DNA of 53,826 bases from Tubiluchus corallicola (lineage: Eukaryota; Animalia; Priapulida). The DNA is taken from contig JAQGDQ010001227.1 in the NCBI GenBank assembly GCA_030141605.1, positions 1 through 53,826 on the forward strand. Reading direction: 5' to 3'. Position 1 is the first letter of the stretch. Each line of letters begins with the position of its first letter. Position numbers and translations under genes: made by a program. The notes beneath the pieces are model-generated. The model searched no databases and was not told the DNA's origin. It saw only the letters and a list, made by a program, of their open reading frames with translations. This document shows, in pieces, positions 12,986 through 26,830 of the stretch.

Positions 12986-13768
12986 CTGGAAAGAATGTTG
13001 TTATCAAATGTAAATACAATTTTATTATACAAGACTACATGTAATAATTTAAATCCATCTACCAATGTAGGAACCATCTACTATTATAAACGCAAGTTTT
13101 AGTAAAGTAAAGTACAGTAAGTCTTCGCTTAACGACGCTAATGTGTTCCACCTAAAGATGATTTTAAGTTTATTAATTAGATACCAATTTTCTGTGAAAT
13201 TTTTTTTTGTTCAAATTACATTACTGCAGACGAGACCATTAAAATACATGTAGTGTACATTTCCTAAACATTACATGAAAATCAGGGATACCATGACTCG
13301 TTACAGTCACTGTTATCGGCTAATTACACAATTACCCATATAATTTGTTTTTTATTTTTCCCGCATGGGGGAGCCAAAAACTAAAGGGGAAAAGTGGGCA
13401 ATTGCAGGCAGGCTTGACTGGTTATTGCAGAGACTTACTTGTAATGTGGATAATGCAATTTTTATGTGAGAAATTTAATGTCATGCTTCAACCATAAACA
13501 GTGTGCGCTCTCTACCCGAACGAAGTAAGTGATTTTTGTAAATCTGAGTATATTACTAATTAAATTTCATGAATTAGATAGCAATTTTCTGTGCAATTTT
13601 TTTTGTTCAAATTTCTGTATTTTTTGTTCAAATTGCATTACTACAAATTCTACGTACTCTTTTGTTTTTTCTCCTTTAGAAAATAAAGACTGCAGTAAAC
13701 ACCTTATGAAAGGAACTCTCGTGTTTTGCTGTGTTAACAATCACAAACAGGCAAACAAACAAACATAC

Positions 13769-14122
13769 CAGGTGGCAGGATGATAAGATCCCTAACATGG
13801 ACGTTGGCGCTTAACAACACGACAGTTTTTCTGTTGCCGAGCGTAAGTGTAAAAATGCCGTCATCTTCCTTCATGGCACGGCGTATGAACAAAGTCGCCG
13901 CGTAGCAGATCCGGTCGACTGTGTCAATCCGGGCGGTAATGTGCTCATCAAACTGGAGGCTTACATTAGGATTAATAACATGAATCCGGTTAGCTCCGTT
14001 TCTCCACGCCCACATGGCGGCCTTGTACGGAGGGTAACAGCAAAATTTCAGAACAATGTTAAAATTCTCCTGTGCAGGCACTGAGTAATCCATCTGATTA
14101 CTGGGCACTGGCGCTGGCTCAC
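13769..14122 (-). CDS. Gene B exon: Ig-like domain D2
   Basis: tatttaag acceptor and G|gtatgt donor, 354 nt, phase 1-1. CEPAP...LKFCCYPPYKAAMWAW...ICYAATLFIRRAMKEDDGIFTLTLGN...ANVHV. Confidence 0.88.
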
Positions 14123-15524
14123 CTTAAATAAATTTAGTGACAGTTAACTACCTCGGAATAACTAACCCTTTCACTACGGAAGGTGGCACACTGCGACCCA
14201 GGTCTGTTTATATCACTTCTAAAGCCATGCATTACATTGTGGCGGATTATGATTTTATGGGCCTTAGGCTTGAGCTTGGAACGGGCCTTTTAAATGTTGC
14301 TACACTGCTGAGCTGACGTGTTTTTGTGGAGCTCTCGTCGTTTGTAAGTTTGTTTAATTTTGTGAGTTTTTGTCCACCGATTGTGATAAAAATTATATCT
14401 TCTTGATCCTTGAGTTGTGGACTAGGACTATATAAAAAATTTTTTCGTTTTATTTTGCCGGGCCCCTTTTGATCCCGGGCCTTAGGCTTCAGCCTATAGG
14501 GCTATCCGCTACAGGCCCTGGGATTGGGGTTGCTTCACAGTAAGTAATGTTAACCAGCCAATCAGTGTCTGAAATCAGCTGCATTCCATAATACTGTACT
14601 GTATGGTATATTCTCATGCAAAATCACTTGTAGATCGTGGATAAACTACATATTTAATTGATTGTTCTGCATTCTTATAAAATGATTGAATATGATACAT
14701 TAGTATTGTGTCTTTTGTGAAAACTGGTTTCTAAATATAAGAACATGCTTATTTATGATTGTGTGTGTGTGCGCGAGTGCATGTGTGTGTGTGTGCGTGC
14801 GTGTGTATGTGTGTGCGTGTGTGTGTGTGGGCACGTGTAGAAATAAAAATAATATTAAATTAGTATTCAATAATGAACAGATATTCGTTTATTTACAAAA
14901 TTTTGTTTTAGTAACACACCACAAGAAGTTATTGTCAAATGTGCAAAAGTCAATATGGCCCAGGCTCAGTAAAAAGCAACAACGTAGTGAAAGGGTTATT
15001 ATTTATTCGTACGAAAGATACATTAATACCACACAGTCACACAGTATATTAGTAATTGTGCAATATATTATTACTGTATTAGTGAACTGCACTAACAGCA
15101 TAAGAAAAAGCCATGGTACCCAAAAATGGGCTTAATTTTTGATATTTTAATCTCAACACACAAACATGCAAAAATTTCGGGGTGTAATTTGTCCCCCAGG
15201 ACCAGTCGACAGGGGCATCATGATCTAGAGACTTGCTACGTTTCGCTCTGTATTGTAACGTAAAATGGCTGGCGGATCTGTCTACCCTTACGAAAGTTCA
15301 CGTGTCTATGAGTTTGGTGGAGACACAACAAGTGAACGTACATGAAAGGTAGAGCCGGCTCATGTATAGCAACTGCAGCACCCTCTATTTTTACTTGATA
15401 TTATCGATAACATTCAATATAATTTTTCCTTTAATTTTTTCCTTATACTTGTACATTATGTAATCCTTAAGCTTAATGCCAGTAGTCGTTCGTTTCCTCG
15501 TTCATGAAAAAATTACAAAAAAAC

Positions 15525-15976
15525 TTACATAGATAGTTGACTTATATAAATTGTCAACTTACATAAGAGGTCAACTTACACAAAGGGTCAGGTTACATGT
15601 ATAAAAGGTCAACTTATACAAAGGGTCAAGTTACATGTATAAAAGGTTAACTTATACATAAAAGGTCAACTTACAGAAAAGGTCGACTTATATAAATGGC
15701 CAACGTCCATAAAAGGTCAACTTACACAAAGGTCAACTTATGTAAAAGATCAACTTGTACAAAAGGTTGACATACATAAAAGGTCAATTTACATAAAAGG
15801 TCAACTTATACAAAAGGTTGACATACATAAAAGGTCAACTTACAGAAAAGGTCGACTTATAAAATGGCCAACTTCAATAAAAGGTCAACTTACACAAAGG
15901 GTCAACTTACGTAAAAGGTCAACTTACTCAAAATTGTTAATGTACACAAAAGGTCAACTTACATAAAAGGTCAACT
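15525..15976. repeat. ~17-bp degenerate minisatellite (ACATAAAAGGTCAACTT) overlapping an exon donor
   Basis: Direct reading. The last unit lies in the Ig exon. Confidence 0.85.
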
Positions 15977-16277
15977 GGAAATTGCAAAAGCAGATCATCT
16001 CCATCTTTGAAAAGAAGCTCGTATAAAGTGCTGACATCTACTGGCTGCACATTAATAATAGTAAGCGTCACAGTCAGACATTTGTCTTGCTCCTGCACCA
16101 CTGAGTGAAATTTCCCATTTCCCCATTCTAGTGCACCATGTTTGTGAACCAGTTCTGCACCATTGTATTTCCAAATGACGGCGAAAGAGGTGCTGGTGAC
16201 ATTGAAACAGCGGGATACTGTTAACGAGCTGTTTGTATATAGTGAAACCCACACTTGTTCTAAATCTTTACTTTTGA
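15963..16277 (-). CDS. Gene B exon: Ig-like domain D1
   Basis: tatttttag acceptor and T|gtaagt donor, 315 nt, phase 1-1. EQVWVSLYT...RCF...VIWKYNG...KCLTVTLTIINVQPVDVSTLYEL...PVDLL. Confidence 0.85.
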
Positions 16278-16647
16278 CTAAAAATAAAGAAAAAAGATTG
16301 GTAGTTTAACCAGCCTCTTTGTCTTAAACACTGCTAGTTCATTCTATGTACAGCAAAATGTCTACTGGACACTTTTAAATGTATATGGCTTTTTCATACA
16401 TGTCACCAAGAATAAGTTACTAGCTTTGCATGCATGTATGCGTGTTAGAAAATAAGTAATGACAGCTGTTACTGGTCATTCTATGTATTTTAGACTTGGA
16501 TGCACACTTTCCATAGGAATGCATGAGGTCACTGGTCAGCTGGTTACTGCTCAAGACATTACTTGGATGCACACTTTCCATAGGGATGCACGAGGTCACT
16601 GGTCAGCTGGTTACTGCTCAAGACATTACTTGGATGCACACTTTCCA

Positions 16648-18066
16648 TAGGGATGCACCAAAACCAGATTTTAACGAGCCGAACTGGACCGGTACCAAAT
16701 GTTTCAAACTTCTTTGGCCGAACCATATTTAAATCATATTTCTATAATTCTATTTCATTTTTGTTTTGCCGAAACCAAAATTAGTCAAATTTCAGAATTT
16801 CTTCACTGAAACCAAATTGAACTGAACCAAATCATTAACTTACAGTAACAAATTTCAAACTTTACAAGTGGTCTCAGCAAATTTTTCAAAAGGGGTTCAT
16901 TTTCACGCTCAGAGAGGTAAAAATTTTTTGTTATGTAATCCGTTTGACATGTTTACAAATTTCATCTAGAAAATGCAAACAGTGAATACCAGTACATAAA
17001 TTACAGTTTTCATTAACAGATAACAGTTCAGTAATTGCTTTGATATTGTGGCTTAATCAGTAATCATATAGCCAACGTTTCACCTATTGTATCAAATATT
17101 TATTTCACACTAAACTTAATGAATAAAACTCTCATGTGCTTGCATCTGATACGCATCATTTATCCGCGCTTGAAACAGTTACACTAAATTCACTGAGTAA
17201 TGTTGACAATAATTTTAAATCTTCGCAAAATTCACAATTTTTTCTGCTAAATTCAGGGCCGGAACTAGATGTGGCAAGCAGGGGGGGGGGGCGCAAAAAT
17301 TTTCTGGGGGGGGGGCGAGGTATCCAAAGTGGTTAAGTAATGCTTAAGCCAATTTTTAACCCCTTTTATACTGCATGCAGGCCTATAATTAGCTCTCAGT
17401 TAACCGAACGTTATTAATGTGCCTCTAACTAAATTGTTATTTACAGAAATTTATCACACACAAGTTTTAAGAAAATAATACACTGAAGCTACCAAACATT
17501 TTTTACCTAATTCTAATTCATATTGAAAATGATTACATGCGAACTGCAATTTTCACTGCAAAAAAAATTATTTGTCCGATTTTGCAGGGGGGCGCAAATT
17601 TTGACAGGGGGCGCCCCCCCCTCGCTCCCCCTAGTTCCGCCCCTGGCTAAATTAACAAAAAAATCACGTACATTGTACAAATAAGGACGTCGACAGGTAA
17701 ATGACTTCACGACACCCAGTCGCATCACCCCAAATGGTAAAACTTTAAGAAGCTAGTTCAAGCTGCCATCCTACCACGTGCAAACAGTTTTCTTTAAAAA
17801 TTGTCGGTTAGTTTTGTCTGGCTTAGTTCTATTGCTTAATGAGGTCGTTAAATGACAAATTACACATTATAAAATGAATTTTTTACCGGACAAATTACAG
17901 ATTATAAAATGAATTTTTTACCGGTCGCCACCGAATTCATTTAAACAAACAGAATTTTGCAAAATTTTGGCCGAATTTCTTAAAAAAAATCACAAAAATA
18001 AAACTTTACCAAATTGTTTCTACCAACGAAACAAAACGGCTGTTTCCAAATTTCCGTGCGTCCCTA
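16648..18066. mobile_element. hAT-like non-autonomous element
   Basis: TAGGGATGCAC...GTGCGTCCCTA termini with a degenerate 8-bp TSD (ACTTTCCA/ACCTTTCA). Confidence 0.55.
17254..17645. mobile_element. hAT MITE nested in 16648-18066
   Basis: CAGGGCCGGAACTAG...CTAGTTCCGCCCCTG with a perfect 8-bp TSD GCTAAATT. Confidence 0.8.
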
Positions 18067-18485
18067 ACCTTTCACAAATACTAGGTAACATCTTCCTTAT
18101 TAATGCAACATAAAGGTGTAACTTAAACCTCACATTTTTTTACCATTCACAATGATATTCTGCATCATTAAAAAGGACCGAGAATCTATTAATCGTCTTA
18201 CTACTCCCAATAACTAAAAATTTATTACTTATTTATTTCTATTACTTAAAAGTATTTATTACATAGGCATCAACTAATAATTAATGCTTTTCCCCTTCTT
18301 ACATTAATTGGGCTTGCCCCCCCCCCCACACACACACATTTGTCCAATAAACCATATTATTTTATTGAATGCTTGCAGTATGAGTGTATCGCGTATTGTC
18401 TGCTACTTTATCGTTGAACTAATCAATGCCAGTGTTTTTCTAAAAAGAATAGCAACTTCATAGTTAATATATTCAAAGTTCTTAC

Positions 18486-18508
18486 CATAATTAATATTGA
18501 GTATCAGA
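18486..18508 (-). CDS. Gene B signal peptide exon part 2
   Basis: ctattttcag acceptor and G|gtaaga donor, 23 nt, phase 2-1. LILNINY joins in frame to VKSKDLEQ of the Ig exon. Confidence 0.5.
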
Positions 18509-18577
18509 CTGAAAATAGAAATTATATCACGCAGGCTGAATCTCGTTCCTTTTTCCATTAATCATTTTATTCATGAC

Positions 18578-18624
18578 CGTAACAAAGTCACAGAAAGCCG
18601 GATCACGAAAGAATCGATGGTCAT
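18578..18624 (-). CDS. Gene B putative start exon (signal peptide part 1)
   Basis: ATG at 18624, downstream of a ttattcag acceptor (a candidate 5'UTR-exon donor lies at ~18960). MTIDSFVIRLSVTLLR ends at a weak phase-2 donor CG|gtcatg. Confidence 0.45.
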
Positions 18625-20641
18625 CTAGTCAATCTTCCCTGAATAAACATACATGATGGTCGTTATTGAAAGTTTTTTAGTACAAGTTATTTGAGAAAAT
18701 AAATTACGCCAACTGTGAAAGTTAGAGTCACGGCTGAAAAATGCAATTATAGTTTTTTATGGAAAGTAATAGCGAAGGAATTAAAGCTAATTTATTATAT
18801 GCACGTACAGCAATGATATGTAATCAACGTAACTGAGAGTTTTAAAACAAGTAGTCAACTAATGATCTGTCGCAATGATGCCACTCGTAATTAAATATTA
18901 TTCTTACTAATAATTTTTCCAAAGCTACCTCTTTTACATTCAGCAGCCGCTGCTTATTTACCTTAGTTACCGCAAAAACACCAAACTTGTTGAGTAACAT
19001 CTACGAACTTGTCGCTTGCTCAACTCACGACGACAAGTGCTAAACGTCACCTTTCCGTTAATGACAAAGTTACTTAAATATTGTAACAACTAACAAGTCG
19101 TCGAAAATAGTACTTTAAGTTTTAATATTGAAAATAATTAAGACTTAAAACTCCTCACTAAAATAATAAATGGTAAAGTTAAATTATTAAATTTTTAGTC
19201 TTATTTTAGTACGAGGAAATCTTTAGTGTAGTGTGTTTAATTTTCAATTAATTTTTTCTAATAACTTCTGTTGTGGCTGATTTGCTCACCCCTGATTTGC
19301 TAAAAATGCTTTTTTCGCCACCCTTCCTTTAAATACTAATAACCTATTTTATTTTATATACTATGTACTTTGTTTTTCGTGTGTATAAGAGATAAATAAA
19401 TCTGAACCTACAATATGTGACACGCTGAATGCAAATGCCTTTGTACAGTTTTTACAGCATATACACATGTCCAATCATACAAAACTATTTTAAAAATCGT
19501 TGTACAACTAGTATTTCTTTTGTACCTCAATTTATTTCACTTGATTGTTTCGCTTTATTTTGTCACCAGAAAAGTTTTAGTACCGTGTTGTTAATTTTCG
19601 ATTTTCTGATCATTTCTGTTTTTCACCGTCTCACAGCCCATTTTGCCCAAAGCACCGTTCAAACATTAAGAATGGTAAACACATACACATGCGCGTGGCT
19701 CAAACGATACTTCTGACATAAATGTCTGAAGGTATCTTTGTTTTCTTTTCAGTTTTATTAATAGCTAGTGTACATAGATTCCATTCTTAGATCTGTACTT
19801 TCGTTAGATTTGTATCAATATATTTTTAAAGTTGTTTATATCGTTTTAGTCATTTTTATACTAGCTGCTTTTTGCCAAATTTTTGCAAAATTCTGTTTGT
19901 GCAAAAATGTTATTACTATTATTACATTATTACTGTATATATTACTGTAATTTAAACTTACATTTTAGTGTTTGTCGTTCAGTACTGTTCCTTTCACTGT
20001 ATTCACTAATTCACTGTATTTTGATATACACTTTAATGCCCGGATCAATTTTAACTTGGACATGCAATACTGCAATAAGTATTCCTATATGTTGGGTTTA
20101 TGGATAAAAATAATGAACATTTTAATAGAAATCATCCTGCCTAGAATTCCTATTCCAACGTCCATTTTTCACCTGTCCATCAGTCAAATTTATTAACTCT
20201 CCTGCCAAAAGAAATACAAGTGCCAAAAAATGTCCAATAAACATAAATAACAAAATTATCCATTTACAATAAAAGACCATGTTTTTTATTATAATTAATG
20301 TCATTATAGAATAAGCATGACAATAATGATCAATGGTCCCCACCGCTTCAGCAACAAGAATCTGATGAAAATTATATTAGTCCCCAAATAATGACACGTT
20401 ATGGCATCAAATCTTAACAATTTGGCTAAAACTAATAAGACCAGCTTTACAAAACAGCGAATCATGAAAATTTATTATAAATAAATAAAACATATGATAT
20501 AGCAAAATAGAATATTATCACAAAGACACATGTACAGTACTGTGCTAAAGATCTTTAAAAATGATGTTCAAAAATTTTCGTATGAAACAATGAAAATAAT
20601 AAAAACTGATAGTAATATCTACAAGTTCTTAACAGCAATAT

Positions 20642-20684
<43 letters not shown>

Positions 20685-20926
20685 CACACACACACAAAGA
20701 AACACCCAGTGACACTTTATTACTTTATTACAAAATTTTAGAAAGTTCTTCATTTTGAACCAAGCCAGACAGCCTCATATGCAATTTCAAAAATTTCATA
20801 TACGTTTTGGTTCAATTATTCCATGTGCTTTTTACAAAAAAATTACAATACATATTTGAAATTCATTACAAAAACGGTTAGTCAAACTTGCGATAACTTT
20901 CCAAATTCCAAATGAAGACTTAAAAA

Positions 20927-21185
20927 ATAGTACTGATGTTTCTTCTACTTGGCCAATATGGAAGTAGTACTGATGTTTCTTCTACTTGTCCAATATGGAA
21001 GTAGTACTGATGTTTCTTCTACTTGGCCAATATGGAAGTAGTACTGATGTTTCTTCTACTTGGCCAATATGGAAGTAGTACTGATGTTTTTTCTACTTGT
21101 CCAATATGGAAGTAGTACTGATGTTTCTTCTACTTGGCCAATATGAAAGTAGTACCGATGCTTCTTCTACTTGGCCAGTATGGAA
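20927..21185. repeat. 37-bp minisatellite
   Basis: AGTAGTACTGATGTTTCTTCTACTTGGCCAATATGGA units. Confidence 0.95.
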
Positions 21186-22127
21186 ATAACGACCAGGGAT
21201 GCCCCATAATTAAAATTAGAGGGGATGCTGCTTCAGAAAATTTTCAGCCATTGTTTTAATACTGTGCAAAACAAAACAAACATATGTAATTTTAATGTTG
21301 TAATAGTAATTTTAAACAAAAAACATACAAAAATTTATACATAAACTTGATAATATCTTAAACAGTAGTTTTTTTGCTTACGAATAGCACATAAACCTGA
21401 TAAAATCCTAAACAGAAATTTTTTACTTATAAATAGCCTAAATTGTTGCAGTTCAGGAATATGAGCGACAGTACTTTCTCTACTTATCAGCAGACGCTAG
21501 CGTTGCAGGGTGTTACCTTAGACATGTACGCATGGCCGCATGCGCATAACAGCCAAGCACACCACTGTGCTGTGCGCTGGTTCTATACAGAAACGAAAGT
21601 TTAAAGAAAGAACTGAAGAAAAAGACTTATTTTATTGAATATTATCGATAATATTGAGTGAAGACAGATGGTGCTGCAGTACCAGTACCTATACACGAAT
21701 CCCCACTGGTAACGAGAAGTAATGAACATCACCACAGTGGAAATAAGCAAGTATTAAAGTACTTTAGCTGTTGTCCCTGGACTGTCTTACAGAAGTAAAT
21801 TATTTCTGGAAAGCAATTACTTTTTTAACTTTACACAATTGAAGGCATAACTCAGTGGCAGGACTGGCACCCATCCATTCTTAAGGATAATTCTTTAAGA
21901 ATGAAGTACTAAACCATCAGAGTTGTCTCAGCCGCGTTCAGATAGACAGAAATGCACCACTAATGAAAGTAGTGATTACCCTCATTCATTTACTTTCTGA
22001 ACCACTTGGCTATTACGGTGGCATTGAATTCATATAATAGATCGATTATGTATACATGGGCTCAAAACAAGCACCAAACAAATCAAACGTGAATAAAATA
22101 AGTAAACAAAAAATAAATGGCATACTT

Positions 22128-22537
22128 ATATACAAGTGTATACAAAAATAAATAAGCAAATATTAAATAAGTAGCAGTATATACAGTGTATACAAAAATA
22201 AATAAGCAAATATTGAATATGTAGCAGTGTATACAAATATAAATAAGCAAATATTGAATATGTAGCAGTATATATAGTGTATACAAAAATAAATAAGCAA
22301 ATATTAAATAAGTAGCAGTATATACAGTGTATACAAAAATAAATAAGCAAATATTAAATAAGTAGCAGTATATACAGTGTATACAAAAATAAATAAGCAA
22401 ATATTAAATAAGTAACAGTATATACAGTGTATACAAAAATAAATAAGCAAATATTAAATAAGTAACAGTATATACAGTGTATACAAAAATTAATAAGCAA
22501 ATATTAAATAAGTAGCAGTATATACAGTGTATACAAA
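22128..22537. repeat. 50-bp minisatellite
   Basis: TATACAGTGTATACAAAAATAAATAAGCAAATATTAAATAAGTAGCAGTA units. Confidence 0.95.
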
Positions 22538-23318
22538 CACAATATTAAGTACTTACCTATACAGATTTTTTTGTATAATCTAAGCTAATCTTACATTATA
22601 AGTGTAGTAATTTGAATCCAAATTTTAGTACCTAGAGCAGTCAGGTGACCTGTCATGTGACCTATTTGTTCTTACTAATGGTGAAAAACTGGAAACATTT
22701 AAATTGACAGCATGATGGCTCTTTTATGACAGTATTAACGATAATCATCAGCATCTTCTCGTATTCGAGAAGTCAAGCTCTGTCCAATTCTGTTCCATCT
22801 GTGAGGTGGTCATCTCTTCTCTAGGTATTCACTCTTGCATGGCACTGGTAGACTGCACTGGCTCCTGACTAGCGGAAGGTGCAGTTGGACTGCTTCTTGA
22901 ATCTTTCTTTATATAAAGTTCTGCTGAAGTGGCAGCAGCTTATGCAGACTATGTATTAGTCACATCATTCATTCATGCTTTGCCAAAGCAATTTTAGTCA
23001 AGTTTGAAAGTTTTGCACAAAGTAAGTGCACCAGCTCAGCAGACATGTTGTTAAATCATTTGACTGTTCAAATCTTTTTCTTAATACAGGCTTCAGATTA
23101 TGCACTACGTTGAGCATTTAGACGAGACTACATGACTTCTCATTATCAAGTCTTTATGCATTTATACAGATGTAAGTAATGCACAACATGGCCGCACATC
23201 CATAGTACATTACGTACATTCTACTGTATCGTCAATTATTGAAAACCCCAACGTGCAAAGTGTCCTAGCGTTCGACACCGGTACTCGGTTTTTCTTAAGT
23301 GACGTTAAAATTTCAAAG

Positions 23319-23479
23319 TCAGCCAACATTGATGCCTTCCATGCTTTTGAGCACTTGCTTAAACTTCTCAGCTGCGGAAAGCTCCTCCTCGCTGTTGTTC
23401 GTCGACCAGAATGATTCTTCCTCCACCAATTCTTGCATGGGAGCTTTTTTGTCTGGCCCAGACTTGAAACTATCTGTAG
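23319..23479 (-). CDS. Gene A putative terminal coding exon
   Basis: tttttgttag acceptor, phase 1. (A)TDSFKSGPDKKAPMQELVEEESFWSTNNSEEELSAAEKFKQVLKSMEGINVG*. The summed exon lengths stay in frame to this stop. Confidence 0.6.
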
Positions 23480-23700
23480 CTAACAAAAAACAGCTATAAT
23501 TATAAGGGTTCCTTAATGGTAGAGTTGTAATGATAGCCACGATAGTAACGGAGTGTCGGAAGGTCATTCATCAACTTAGTATGCATTGCAAAGGTTTTTA
23601 ATGAATCTTAGAAACAGATTAATGTCAAAAATTATGCAATTATCTAAGAAGCATAATTCATGTAAGTGAATTAATAAAAAAGAAAAAAATTGCAAAAATC

Positions 23701-24601
23701 TGATTATTACAAAAATTCATGCAAGGTCAGTTGATTATTACAAAAATTCATGCAAGGTCAGTTGATTATTACAAAAATTCATGCAAGGTCAGTTGATTAT
23801 TACAAAAATTCGTGCAAGGCCAGTTGATTATTACAAAAATTGATGCAAGGTCAGGTGATTTTTACAAAAATTCATGCAAGGTCAGATGATTTTTACAAAA
23901 ATTAATGCAAGGTCAGTTGATTATTACAAAAATTAATGCAAGGTCAGTTGATTATTACAAAAATTCGTGCAAGGTCAGTTGATTATTACAAAAATTCATG
24001 CAAGGTCAGTTGATTATTACAAAAATTCATGCAAGGTCAGTTGATTATTACAAAAATTCGTGCAAGGTCAGTTGATTATTACAAAAATTCGTGCAAGGTC
24101 AGTTGATTATTACAAAAATTCGTGCAAGGTCAGTTATTATTACAAAAATTCATGCAAGGTCAGTTGATTATTACGAAAATTCATGCAAGGTCAGTTGATT
24201 ATTACGAAAATTCATGCAAGGTCAGTTGATTATTACAAAAATTCGTGCAAGGTCAGTTGATTATTACAAAAATTCATGCAAGGTCAGTTGATTATTACAA
24301 AAATTCATGCAAGGTCAGTTGATTATTACAAAAATTCGTGCAAGGTCAGTTGATTAGTACAAAAATTCGTGCAAGGTCAGTTGATTATTACAAAAATTCG
24401 TGCAAGGTCAGTTATTATTACAAAAATTCATGCAAGGTCAGTTGATTATTACAAAAATTGATGCAAGGTCAGTTGATTACTACAAAAATTCGTGCAAGGT
24501 CAGTTGATTATTACAAAAATTCGTGCAAGGTCAGTTAATTATTACAAAAATTCGTGCAAGGTCAGTTGATTATTACAAAAATTCATGCAAGGTAAGTTGA
24601 T
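23701..24601. repeat. 31-bp minisatellite
   Basis: TGCAAGGTCAGTTGATTATTACAAAAATTCA units. Confidence 0.95.
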
Positions 24602-24603
24602 AA

Positions 24604-25005
24604 AAATTTCTATCAGTATCCATCCTCACAGTAGTTGCAAAACAGTGGTGTTAGCTTAATCAAGTTATCTTAATTTTACATACTATTAACAAACAATAGT
24701 CTTTCTATCTTTTATATCATCTCATACATGAGCTTCATTCATTACATCATTCCATTTTAAGCACTAATGTTTTTTTATCACACGATTCACTTTAAATTTT
24801 CAGATTATTTCCATTACTTTTTTTTCTATCACTGTGTGGGACAATCTAACAAACCCTGCTTTTTGATTGCCCGCAACACATTTACCTTTGTATATAGGTG
24901 AACAGTGTTTGAGGCTTTTCCTGTGCAGTATTTCTTATTTGTATTACGTTCATTGTAGGCCCTTTCACTAGATATTGTACATGTAAATGTGTAATGTGAA
25001 ATAAA
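24604..25005 (-). repeat. Dispersed repeat, inverted copy of 36060-36718
   Basis: Reverse-complement near-identity, except that the 31-bp array of the other copy is present here as a single unit. Confidence 0.85.
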
Positions 25006-25574
25006 TGACTTATCAAGGGTTGAATGGCCTTTTTTAACTGCAACTTTCTCGCGGAGAAACAAGAGTAAAAACTTGAGCTGTTAAAGTTCACTTACAGTCA
25101 CGGAACTTTATTTTCCTGAGCAAGGAATCAATTATTAAATTATTTAAATTCCAAGAACAAAAAGCTTAATCAGAATCTAATTCTTCACCTTATCACATTG
25201 AATAATACGCTGGTACCCAGTTTTTAAGCACGTGACAACTTGAAAACTGGGCACTGCGTGAGCGACAGTGCTTTTTCTACCTAGAAAGCAGCAACTTATC
25301 TCAGAGATGTGGGCACAGTCGCATGCGCACAACAGCCAACCGCCATGTTGCTTGGGATGTGTTGAAGTTTTATAGTTTCAAAAAGTACTTGAAAAGGACC
25401 ATTTTTGATTCATACTTTTTGAAAAGGACCATTTTGATTCATAGTCATAATACAATTTTTATGGTTCCATGTCTCATGCAGTCGCAATATATGGCCTCCA
25501 ATCAATTATAATGCTATTTTAATATACCTCTATGTAAATTAAACATACACTGTGGTCATTTCTTCTCCTCTTTT

Positions 25575-26112
25575 CCTTCTTCCTATCCCAAATCTTACTA
25601 TTTTTTCCATTCCATCATGTCTACTAACCCTAACCATTCTTTCATTCACTCATCCTCCCCTCCCTTCCTTCTTCCTATCCCTAATCTTACTATTTTCTCC
25701 ATTCCATCATGTCTACTAACCCTAACCATTCTTTCATTCACTCATCCTCCCCTCCCTTCCTTCTTCCTATCCCTAATCTTACTATTTTTTCCATTCCATC
25801 ATGTCTACTAACCCTAACCATTCTTTCATTCACTCATCCTCCCCTCCCTTCCTTCTTCCTATCCCTAATCTTACTATTTTTCCATTCCATCATGTCTACT
25901 AACCCTAACCATTCTTTCATTCACTCATCCTCCCCTCCCTTCCTTCTTCCTATCCCTAATCTTACTATTTTTTCCATTCCATCATGTCTACTAACCCTAA
26001 CCATTCTTTCATTCACTCATCCTCTCCTCCCTTCCTTCTTCCTATCCCTAATCTTACTATTTTTTCCATTCCATCATGTCTACTAACCCTAACCATTCTT
26101 TCATTCACTCAT
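25575..26112. repeat. 92-bp pyrimidine-rich tandem repeat
   Basis: About 6 units, each containing CTAACCCTAACC. Confidence 0.9.
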
Positions 26113-26339
26113 TTGTGCCACCTTAACAAGCCAAGCTTTCAAAGTGTCATACAGCAACTCTTTTATTTGGTTAATTTGACTTCATCAACGTTTTTTCTTA
26201 CCTATACTGTTTCTTTTTGTTTCAATAATATTGTATGTTAATGTATTGTATATGTATTGTTGGAGTGAAATAAATTGATTGATTGATTGGATGTGAAGCA
26301 AACAGTAGTACCCTAATGTGTTCTGGTTACATACAAGTA

Positions 26340-26683
26340 CAGTCGACCCTCGTTAAACCGGACCCCGTTAGCCCGGATATCGGATAAGACGGACGTCATC
26401 CGTGGTAAAGGAAACTGACCGATTTCCGTCCGAGCCGGAGCGCTAAACACAACACGGCCTGCCAACTGTACAATATTTTCTTTATCCTCACAGGTTAACT
26501 ATTTTAAAGTAACATACAGTATAGTATATAGTGCAATGTATATAGTGCAATGTATATAGGCCTTATTATGGTGATTATTCCTGTATAATATAGACCATAT
26601 ATAGGCATATCGGATAAATCGGACAATCGCTAAACCGGACCCCCCCCCCCCCCAAATTAGTCCGGTTTAACGAGGGTTGACTG
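26340..26683. mobile_element. pogo/Tigger-like MITE
   Basis: TA|CAGTCGACCCTCGTTAAACCGGAC...GTCCGGTTTAACGAGGGTTGACTG|TA. Confidence 0.8.
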
Positions 26684-26806
26684 TATAAAGAAAGACTCAT
26701 TATATTGAATATTATCAAGTGAAACTAGGAGGCGCTGCACTAGCCACCTGCTACACACAGCAGATACAACAGTTTTTCCTACATGTACAAAATTTGCTGT
26801 ACTCAC

Positions 26807-26830
26807 CAGATTGCCAATCGAAACTGCCAA
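26807..26830 (-). CDS. Gene A cytoplasmic microexon (24 nt)
   Basis: ttattttgcag|TTGGCAGTTTCGATTGGCAATCTG|gtgagt, phase 1-1, (V)GSFDWQS. Confidence 0.6.
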
